Made by a program: the position numbers and the translations under genes. The notes beneath the pieces are model-generated. The model ran no database searches. It was not told the origin of the DNA and saw only the letters and a list, made by a program, of their open reading frames with translations. A stretch of 40,689 bases of DNA from a virus. Every line of letters starts with the position of its first letter. Positions within the stretch are counted from its first letter, which is position 1. Location of the stretch: the IMG/VR virus record IMGVR_UViG_3300045988_019236, positions 1-40,689 of that record; one strand, 5' to 3'. Below are positions 23,570-29,291 of this stretch, one piece after another.

Positions 23570-23591
23570 GATTCACCTTTTCAAGATAATT
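23570..23591. repeat. 22-bp direct repeat GATTCACCTTTTCAAGATAATT, copy 1 (contains the operator motif)
   Basis: Identical to 23817-23838. It lies in the 5-prime leader of 23325..23537. Confidence 0.85.
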
Positions 23592-23799
23592 ATGGTTCAA
23601 AAAAAATGTGGTCAACTTGCTCAGCAGAAAGATCGAGAATAGACTTTATGCTGCGAACTTCGCCAAGCGAGAATTCCGCTCCACCAGTTCCGTTCAATTT
23701 GGCGTTAAACCTAGACAAACTGACACCGATACTGCGGGCAACATTCTCTTGGGTCATTGCCTTCGCTCGTATTTCGCCTTTTAGCAAATTGCTATTCAT
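23590..23799 (-). CDS. Cro-like / antirepressor-like HTH protein
   Basis: ATG at 23799 with AAAGGAGGGG upstream. HTH segment MTQENVARSIGVSLSRFNAKLNG. It is divergent from the repressor gene. Confidence 0.7.
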   Translation of the reverse strand: MNSNLLKGEIRAKAMTQENVARSIGVSLSRFNAKLNGTGGAEFSLGEVRSIKSILDLSAEQVDHIFFEP

Positions 23800-23816
23800 T
23801 TTTTCCCCTCCTTTCG

Positions 23817-23838
23817 GATTCACCTTTTCAAGATAATT
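23817..23838. repeat. 22-bp direct repeat, copy 2 (operator at the transcription start of the leftward promoter)
   Basis: Identical to 23570-23591. Confidence 0.85.
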
Positions 23839-23840
23839 TC

Positions 23841-23868
23841 ATTATACACGCTCTTTTCTATTTGTCAA
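23841..23868 (-). promoter_or_regulatory. Early leftward promoter (Cro side)
   Basis: Minus strand: TTGACA (23868-23863), a 16-nt spacer, then TATAAT (23846-23841). One TCAAGATA motif overlaps the -35 box and another lies at the transcription start. Confidence 0.75.
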
Positions 23869-23878
23869 GATATTTTTA

Positions 23879-23907
23879 TTGACTTTATCAACTTTTTTTG
23901 CTATTAT
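23879..23907 (+). promoter_or_regulatory. Repressor promoter
   Basis: TTGACT (23879-23884), a 17-nt spacer, then TATTAT (23902-23907). A TCAAGATA motif at 23907-23914 abuts the -10 box. Confidence 0.7.
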
Positions 23908-23937
23908 CAAGATAGCCATATGAAAGGGGGGTAATAC

Positions 23938-24258
23938 ATGACACTTGGAGACAAAATCCGCTTCCACCGGAAACGGCTCGGCATGACGCAAACGGAATTA
24001 GGGGCGCGGCTAGGCGTTCAAGTGAACGCCGTGAGCAAGTGGGAGTGTGGGCGTGTGGAATCAATCCCGACGTCAAAAATTAAAGAGCTTGCAAAAATTT
24101 TCGGCGTAGCTCCATCCTATTTAATAGATGATGGACAGCCCGCCGATTCCAGCGAGCTGTCCGAAGCCAAGAAAGCTATGTATGATTTTGTCGATTCGCT
24201 TTCTGACGATCAGGTGCGGCGGCTTCTTCAGATAGCACACGCCGCATTTGAGAAATGA
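23938..24258 (+). CDS. XRE-family phage repressor (CI-like, no peptidase domain)
   Basis: MTLGDKIRFHRKRLGMTQTELGARLGVQVNAVSKWECGR. RBS GAAAGGGGGG. Confidence 0.8.
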   Translation: MTLGDKIRFHRKRLGMTQTELGARLGVQVNAVSKWECGRVESIPTSKIKELAKIFGVAPSYLIDDGQPADSSELSEAKKAMYDFVDSLSDDQVRRLLQIAHAAFEK

Positions 24259-24322
24259 ACCATTCAAATTGCGCCTCGTTCATTTCCGATATAAGCCGTT
24301 TCAGTTCTTCTCTTCCCTCCAT
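24176..24322 (-). CDS. Possible 48-aa ORF convergent with, and overlapping, the repressor 3-prime end
   Basis: ATG at 24322 has GGAGGGA 6 nt upstream. The last 83 nt are antisense to the repressor gene. No promoter was identified. Confidence 0.3.
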   Translation of the reverse strand: MEGREELKRLISEMNEAQFEWFISQMRRVLSEEAAAPDRQKANRQNHT

Positions 24323-24440
24323 ATTTTGTCCCTCCATTATGTATTTATAAACATTTGTTTGATTACGTAGCGTATAATAGCACGTCATGTGTCCAATAAA
24401 CTGGACTTATTAGAAATTTGCACAAAAATTTTTCTTTTCA

Positions 24441-24474
24441 TTGAAATTATATGTCGAACGTGGTATTATCTTGA
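24441..24474 (+). promoter_or_regulatory. Promoter-like element with an inverted copy of the operator motif
   Basis: TTGAAA (24441-24446), a 17-nt spacer, then TATTAT (24464-24469), overlapping TATCTTGA (24467-24474), which is the reverse complement of TCAAGATA. Confidence 0.4.
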
Positions 24475-24521
24475 ATGAAGATGACAATTGAATTCTGATT
24501 CAAAAAAATTTTTAAAAGTGG

Positions 24522-24550
24522 TTGACAACTGAATATTCAGGCTTTATAAT
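24522..24550 (+). promoter_or_regulatory. Consensus promoter of the RNA-repeat/toxin unit
   Basis: TTGACA (24522-24527), a 17-nt spacer, then TATAAT (24545-24550). Confidence 0.8.
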
Positions 24551-24570
24551 GAGGGTGTGGATAATTCCAC

Positions 24571-24670
24571 GATGATGAAGCCTTAGAGCGAGGCTTCTGC
24601 GGGAAAAAGAAAGCTCAATTGATGATTTGCTCGTAGAGCGCGAGCAGCATAATCAAAAGAAAGCTCAATT
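24571..24670 (+). ncRNA. Two tandem 50-nt repeats, a candidate type III antitoxin RNA
   Basis: Units are 24571-24620 and 24621-24670, identical at 31 of 50 positions. Each has a 7-bp hairpin with loop TAGAGCG and ends in AAAAGAAAGCTCAATT. No ORF covers the repeats. They lie between a promoter and a terminator, upstream of the toxin-like ORF. Confidence 0.7.
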
Positions 24671-24677
24671 GATTTTC

Positions 24678-24710
24678 ACGCCCTCTGTTTCGACAGGGGG
24701 CGTCTTTTTT
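24678..24710 (+). terminator. Rho-independent terminator between the RNA repeats and the toxin ORF
   Basis: ACGCCCTCTG-tttcga-CAGGGGGCGT forms a 10-bp stem with one G-U pair. It is followed by CTTTTTT, and then by the RBS AGGAGAG. Confidence 0.8.
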
Positions 24711-24723
24711 AGGAGAGAGATAG

Positions 24724-25146
24724 ATGAAGCTGATCACCCTGTCCCCGGTCTTCTACGAAAGGTATCGCGGCTGTGAAGAGATTCTGATAAAGCAGACAAG
24801 GCCGTATGTCTGTTTGGCGGTTAAAGTTGACGGCGTTACATTCGCAATTCCTTTTCGCCACCATATTCCCCACAAGTGGGCATTCTTTACCGTTGGCGAA
24901 GCTGGGCTGGATTATTCAAAAGCCGTCGTCATCTCCGAATGGCGGTTTATCAATTCAAGCACACCGACCATCGAGCAGGAAGAATTCAATATATTGAAAG
25001 GGAAAGATGCACTGATCACCAACGGAATGCGGAAATTCCTGATTGCGTACAGGAATGCCGTGAAGTATCCGGATAACAAGCATTATGACATGATCCGTTC
25101 ATGCAGTTCCCTTCAATACTTTCACCGCGAATTACGTATTCGTTAG
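24724..25146 (+). CDS. Type III toxin-antitoxin toxin-like protein (ToxN/AbiQ-TenpN-CptN superfamily-like endoribonuclease)
   Basis: 140 aa: MKLITLSPVFYERYRGCEEILIKQTRPYVCLAVKVDGVTFAIPFRHHIPHKWAFFT...GLDYSKAVVI. The call rests on locus architecture plus motif resemblance from memory. Confidence 0.65.
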   Translation: MKLITLSPVFYERYRGCEEILIKQTRPYVCLAVKVDGVTFAIPFRHHIPHKWAFFTVGEAGLDYSKAVVISEWRFINSSTPTIEQEEFNILKGKDALITNGMRKFLIAYRNAVKYPDNKHYDMIRSCSSLQYFHRELRIR

Positions 25147-25325
25147 GGCTATACGCCCCGCCACCCGTGCCACAAGGTGACGGGGCTTTGCCGCCGGAAT
25201 GGTGTGTCCCTTGCCGGTTGCAATATCACCATAGCATTTTCAGCTATAGAAAGTAAACCACACATCTGATTCCGCCGGAATCAAATGTGAACAATCCCGT
25301 ATCAAATTTAATAGGAGGGCGAATT

Positions 25326-26012
25326 ATGGATTCAAATACAGGCCAAACATTCATCGAGGAAATGCAGCCGAATTTCGATGCCCTCCCGGAAAGGCTGAAA
25401 GACGAGAAATTCCGGAACCATCTGACGAATCAGCAGCTTTCTGACGTGTCCGGCGTTCCTATCGCCACAACAAGCCGGATTCTTTCCGGTGCCGTATCGA
25501 ACCCCGGCTTTTTCCATATCGCCGCGCTGTGCGCCGCTATGGGCGTGTCAATGGATTCCGTTGCAGGTGTTCACCCAAGCGGAGATCAGGCGGAAATAGA
25601 CCAGCTCCGGCAGGAGATAGCATACAAGGACGAGATAATTGCCGAGAAGGGCGCGGCGATAGACCGCTTACTGGACAGGAGCCGCATTATGGAGGCTGGT
25701 GTCGCGGCCAGAGATGACCGCATCGGCAAACAAAATGAAGAAATAAAGAATGTCCGCAGCTCATACAAAATCCTTGTGTACGGGCTGTGCGGCGTTTGCA
25801 TTACGCTGACATTTGTGTTGGCAATCTATGTGGCTCTGGATAGCCAAGCGCCAGACCAGGGGCTGATACAGTCTGATAATGTTTCTCCGGTCGTATGGGC
25901 AGGTGCGGCGGCTGTTATTGTACTGCTGTTCGGCCTTCTGCACTTCACTGTAAGCAAATTATCAAAAAAGAGGGATACGCTATGGGAAGAAAGAAAAAAG
26001 AGCCGGGGGTAA
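25326..26012 (+). CDS. Membrane-anchored HTH protein (XRE-like HTH, coiled coil, two TM helices)
   Basis: ATG at 25326 with TAGGAGGG upstream. HTH segment LTNQQLSDVSGVPIATTSRILSG. Hydrophobic segments ILVYGLCGVCITLTFVLAIYVAL and VVWAGAAAVIVLLFGLLHF. The 3-prime end overlaps int by 31 nt. Confidence 0.65.
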   Translation: MDSNTGQTFIEEMQPNFDALPERLKDEKFRNHLTNQQLSDVSGVPIATTSRILSGAVSNPGFFHIAALCAAMGVSMDSVAGVHPSGDQAEIDQLRQEIAYKDEIIAEKGAAIDRLLDRSRIMEAGVAARDDRIGKQNEEIKNVRSSYKILVYGLCGVCITLTFVLAIYVALDSQAPDQGLIQSDNVSPVVWAGAAAVIVLLFGLLHFTVSKLSKKRDTLWEERKKSRG

Positions 26013-27049
26013 AACTCCCGGCTATAATACAACTCCCGTCAGGGTCATGGCGAACAAGAATCTATATCGACGGCCGCACAGTATCCATAACGAAAGACAC
26101 CTACGACGAATGCGCGGCGGAATACCTCGCCATGAAGCACGGGGTCATTGAAGCGAAAGCCGCCCCCATGAAGCACGGGGTGCCGCTGGGGGACGCTCTC
26201 GACAAATACATTTCGACCCGGAAGGGGTTCAAGTCACCGTCAACGATTTATGCGTATGAATCCTACCGCAAGCAGCGCTTCCAAAGCATGATGGGGGCCG
26301 ACGTGTACACCACCACGGACGAACAGTGGCAAGCCGCCATCCGCAGGGAAGCAAAATCACTGTCCCCGAAATATATTAAAAATGTGTGGATGCTGATTTC
26401 CGCAGCGATATTCGAGGAAACTGGACGCAGGCCGCGGGTGACCCTGCCGGAAAAGGAACACAACGAAAAGCCGTACCTTGATCCGGATCAGATACCGGTG
26501 TTCCTGCAAGCCATAAAAGGGGAATCGATAGAAATTGCCGCCCTGCTGGAATTATCCAGCTTGCGCAGGTCTGAGATGCTGGCGCTGACGTGGGACAAGG
26601 TCGACTTCAAGAACGAAATAATATATGTCCACGGGGCAAGAGTTGCCGGGGACGGCGGCAAGCTGGTTCACAAGAAGCAGAACAAAAACGATTCCTCCCG
26701 GCGCACGGTGCCAATTATTGAGCCGCTAATGGAAGCACTAAAGGCAGTTGATAACAAGGAAGGTTATGTCGTCAACCTGACCGGCGGGTGGATATGCACA
26801 AGGATAAACGAGATTTGTTCCGCCAACGGCCTGCCGAAAGTCGGGAACCACGGATTGCGGCACAGCTTCGCGTCTCTGGCTTATCACCTCCAGATACCGG
26901 AAAAGATAGCAATGGAAATTGGCGGGTGGGCAGATGACGGGACGATGCACAAAATATATACACATCTGGCACAGAAAGACATTGCAAAACGGGCGCAGGA
27001 TTTTCGGAACTTCTTTGTGTCAAATGCGGATGAAAAAGCGCAAATTTGA
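25982..27049 (+). CDS. int: Tyrosine integrase
   Basis: ATG at 25982 with AGAGGGA upstream. C-terminal catalytic region HGLRHSFASLAYHL...GGW...MHKIYTH. The track ORF starts at 25895. Confidence 0.9.
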   Translation: MGRKKKEPGVKLPAIIQLPSGSWRTRIYIDGRTVSITKDTYDECAAEYLAMKHGVIEAKAAPMKHGVPLGDALDKYISTRKGFKSPSTIYAYESYRKQRFQSMMGADVYTTTDEQWQAAIRREAKSLSPKYIKNVWMLISAAIFEETGRRPRVTLPEKEHNEKPYLDPDQIPVFLQAIKGESIEIAALLELSSLRRSEMLALTWDKVDFKNEIIYVHGARVAGDGGKLVHKKQNKNDSSRRTVPIIEPLMEALKAVDNKEGYVVNLTGGWICTRINEICSANGLPKVGNHGLRHSFASLAYHLQIPEKIAMEIGGWADDGTMHKIYTHLAQKDIAKRAQDFRNFFVSNADEKAQI

Positions 27050-27111
27050 CACGCCATTTGACACGGATTTTGAAAAAGCATTGTATACCAACGCTTTTTG
27101 GAATTTTAATC

Positions 27112-27139
27112 GTGGGTTCGATTCCCGTACGGGTCACCA
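27112..27139 (+). other. tRNA 3-prime fragment (T-arm + acceptor 3-prime strand + CCA), a likely attP core and not a complete tRNA gene
   Basis: GGGTTCGATTCCCGT ACGGGTC A CCA. No matching 5-prime acceptor strand (GACCCGT), D-arm or anticodon arm is found upstream. Confidence 0.6.
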
Positions 27140-27145
27140 TGGCAG

Positions 27146-27178
27146 AAAACACCCTAGAACTTGTTTCTAGGGTGTTTT
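27146..27178. terminator. Perfect 14-bp hairpin, a bidirectional terminator next to the att core
   Basis: AAAACACCCTAGAA-cttgt-TTCTAGGGTGTTTT. Confidence 0.65.
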
Positions 27179-27317
27179 TATTGGTTTTACCGCTTTATTC
27201 TGAGAACTCCGAACTTTTCCGTGGTAAAATATTTTTATGAACTATAGATTTTTGGCACACGTAATACAGTTTTTGGGTGCAAATTTGACACGCCATTTGA
27301 CACGAAATTTGCCACGC

Positions 27318-27626
27318 TTACCGCTTGTACATCCCCTGCACCACTCCGACGTTCTCCGCCCGTTCAATATCCCGCTTGTGCAGGTACTCATAGACGGCCA
27401 TCATGGCCGCAGGCGGTTCGCCCTTTTGCTTGCGGTATTCCTCGATGTGGGAAACAACGGCCTTGTGCAGGGCGTTCATGTGGTTCATTTCCTCGCCGCT
27501 CAGCCTGTAAAACAGGTCTGCCAGCTCCGGGTCGTCGTGCTTGTATTCCACGGCCAGCTCTGCGTAGGTATGCGCGTCTTCCAGCTCATCCTCAATATGC
27601 TCCATCAGCAGTTTGATTTCTTTCAT
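27318..27626 (-). CDS. Helical hypothetical protein (last gene before attP)
   Basis: 102-aa ORF with an ATGA-type overlap with 27623..27973. Confidence 0.65.
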   Translation of the reverse strand: MKEIKLLMEHIEDELEDAHTYAELAVEYKHDDPELADLFYRLSGEEMNHMNALHKAVVSHIEEYRKQKGEPPAAMMAVYEYLHKRDIERAENVGVVQGMYKR

Positions 27627-27973
27627 CTGATACCCTCCTGAATGTACGCATACAGCGTATCAATATCTTGCTTTCCCAGCTTGAGCGTAAGCCCGATTCC
27701 GGGGATTTTCACGGGCAGCGCCTCTGTCCCCATGTATGGCTTTGCGGCGTTGTACAGGGCGTCAACGTCTACCGTGCCATGCTCCATATCGTAAATACCC
27801 AGCGCCTTTACCATGGGATGATCTGCGTACTGGGCAATAATCTTCGGGAAATTTGCGGCAAGCAGCCCCCCAGCCCCGGCAACCAGAACTCTGTCCCAGC
27901 CGGAAAGACTAGGAGCAATGCTTCTGTCAATGAATCTTGCAAGCCCTGCCTGCACGTTTTCCATAGGAATCAT
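27623..27973 (-). CDS. Hypothetical protein
   Basis: 116-aa ORF with RBS AAGGAGG. Confidence 0.65.
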   Translation of the reverse strand: MIPMENVQAGLARFIDRSIAPSLSGWDRVLVAGAGGLLAANFPKIIAQYADHPMVKALGIYDMEHGTVDVDALYNAAKPYMGTEALPVKIPGIGLTLKLGKQDIDTLYAYIQEGIR

Positions 27974-28026
27974 AAATTACCTCCTTGAAAGTATGGGGCG
28001 GCGGCTGCCGCCCCAATTGTCGGGAA

Positions 28027-28650
28027 TCAACCGTTGCAGCACCCGCCGCACTTGGGCAGGGGGTTGTACAGCGTCTGTGCCGTGGTGCCGGTTCCGGTGG
28101 TCACGTCGGCAACCTGCTTCGGATAGAAGGTCGCGTTGGCGTAAGTCACGATGGAATTGTCAGCGCAGCAGCGCCGCTCTGCCTCGATCTTGATGTCCTT
28201 GGACAGTTCGGAACGAACGCATTCCACATCCTGACGAACCAGCGCGAAGCTGTCCTCAGTTCGCTGATTGTGTACAGCCTGATCGCACAGGGTCTTGCGA
28301 ATGTCCTTCAACTGCCCGTCAATGTAGGCGTACATCTCAAGGGATTTCTGATCGTTGTAGGTATTTGCCTTCAACAGTGCGATTTCGGAATCCTTGGCGG
28401 CGAGCTGCTGCTCACGATCCAGTTCATACCGACTCACGGGCATGTTCTCGCTGCACCCGCCCCAGCCGCAGCCAACCCCATAGGGCATGGCGGGCATAAC
28501 GGGAGCAGTGGGAACGGCATTGCGGTTGCCGAGAGCCAGAGCGCCCAAACCGCCCGCAGCGTTCATCACGCCCAGCGCCAGACCGGCAATACCCGTACCA
28601 AGACCGGCACCGGCTACGCCTTTGCTTGCATAATCCTTTTCTACTTCCAT
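28027..28650 (-). CDS. Gly-rich N-terminal membrane segment / coiled-coil / Cys-rich C-terminus protein
   Basis: 207 aa with RBS GAAGGAGG. Contains GVAGAGLGTGIAGLALGVMNAAGGLGALALG, CGWGGC, and the C-terminal KCGGCCNG. It has its own promoter and operator-like palindrome. Confidence 0.65.
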   Translation of the reverse strand: MEVEKDYASKGVAGAGLGTGIAGLALGVMNAAGGLGALALGNRNAVPTAPVMPAMPYGVGCGWGGCSENMPVSRYELDREQQLAAKDSEIALLKANTYNDQKSLEMYAYIDGQLKDIRKTLCDQAVHNQRTEDSFALVRQDVECVRSELSKDIKIEAERRCCADNSIVTYANATFYPKQVADVTTGTGTTAQTLYNPLPKCGGCCNG

Positions 28651-28680
28651 AGTTTAGAAGTCCTCCTTCAAAATATTAGG

Positions 28681-28692
28681 AGGTGGCCACCT
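28681..28692. promoter_or_regulatory. Perfect 12-bp palindrome AGGTGGCCACCT at the predicted transcription start of 28027..28650
   Basis: Self-complementary, extendable to 16 of 18 positions (28678-28695). It lies between the -10 element (28699-28710) and the RBS. Confidence 0.5.
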
Positions 28693-28698
28693 TCTGTC

Positions 28699-28710
28699 AT
28701 TATAATAACA
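28699..28710 (-). promoter_or_regulatory. Extended -10 promoter element (TGTTATTATAAT)
   Basis: Minus strand reads TGtTATTAT / TATAAT, directly after the terminator T-tract. Confidence 0.45.
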
Positions 28711-28748
28711 AAAAACCAGGCGAACGAATCATCATCGTTTCGCCTGGT
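28709..28748 (-). terminator. Rho-independent terminator after 28776..29012
   Basis: 13-bp stem with one bulge (ACCAGGCGAACGA/TCGtTTCGCCTGGT) and a 7-nt loop, followed by T6 on the minus strand. Confidence 0.7.
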
Positions 28749-28775
28749 TTTCGTCCGAAAATCGTCAATTTGTGG

Positions 28776-29012
28776 TCAAATAACTAGGTCATCCGGGAGT
28801 GTGGCACTGTACCCCTTGACTGCATCATATTTCTGCTGCAATCTTCGGACAACCCTGGTTATCGTGGCTTGGGACACATGGAGATTTTGTGATTGCCATA
28901 TCTGGCTTTTCCCGGCGGCACGGGTGGTTAGGACATCCATTTCCAGTGACGTTAGATACGCCAGCCTGTCAAATTCTTTCACAACCACCCGGTTTATCCG
29001 GGATTTATCCAT
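28776..29012 (-). CDS. Small sigma-70 region-4 / LuxR-like HTH protein
   Basis: 78 aa: LTSLEMDVLTTRAAGKSQIWQSQNLHVSQATITRVVRRLQQKY. Confidence 0.6.
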   Translation of the reverse strand: MDKSRINRVVVKEFDRLAYLTSLEMDVLTTRAAGKSQIWQSQNLHVSQATITRVVRRLQQKYDAVKGYSATLPDDLVI

Positions 29013-29020
29013 TTATGGCA

Positions 29021-29278
29021 TCAGTCCTCCTTGGGGGAGCTGTAAGTTCTTGCCTGTTTACTGTCAGCGATACCGGCGGTGGTGGGGTCGTTCACAACGC
29101 CCAGGATCACCAGCAGGGCAAACACGGCGTTCACCACGGCCAGCAGCTTGTCGCCGATCTCACCCAAGTCCAGCGTAAAGCCGAACAGGGCGGCCACCGT
29201 CTGCACCAGCAGCAGCAGCGCGGGAATCGCGGCCAGCCAGAAGTTCTTGTTCTTGATACGTACAATCCAGTTAATCAT
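29021..29278 (-). CDS. Holin (phi LC3-type)
   Basis: ATG at 29278 with AAGGAGGAAAACAAA upstream. MINWIVRIKNKNFWLAAIPALLLLVQ...VVNDPTTAGIADS. The track ORF extends to 29392. Confidence 0.8.
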   Translation of the reverse strand: MINWIVRIKNKNFWLAAIPALLLLVQTVAALFGFTLDLGEIGDKLLAVVNAVFALLVILGVVNDPTTAGIADSKQARTYSSPKED

Positions 29279-29291
29279 TTTGTTTTCCTCC

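Larger units (their letters stand above)
27040..27316. other. attP region: a tRNA 3-prime-end core flanked by arm-type repeats
   Basis: A 26-bp direct repeat GCAAATTTGACACGCCATTTGACACG occurs at 27040-27065 and 27279-27304. Six TTTGNCACG-type motifs lie at 27045, 27057, 27251 (variant), 27284, 27296 and 27308. The tRNA-like core lies between the two groups. Confidence 0.65.

Noticed and set aside
24571-24670. Could the 50-nt repeats be a mini CRISPR array?
   Set aside because: The units are directly adjacent with no unique spacers, there are only two of them, and no cas genes are present. They are followed by a terminator and a toxin-like ORF. A type III antitoxin RNA fits better.
27060-27140. 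A complete tRNA gene next to the integrase
   Set aside because: Only the T-arm, the 3-prime acceptor strand and CCA are recognisable. No complementary 5-prime acceptor strand (GACCCGT), D-arm or anticodon arm is present upstream. I interpret it as the attP core copy of a host tRNA 3-prime end.
27985-29178. A 397-aa plus-strand ORF across the accessory and holin region
   Set aside because: It is antisense to four well-supported minus-strand genes, each with an RBS, and it spans a terminator hairpin. The composition is off-frame-like (Arg/Ser/Gly/Cys rich). It is a shadow ORF.
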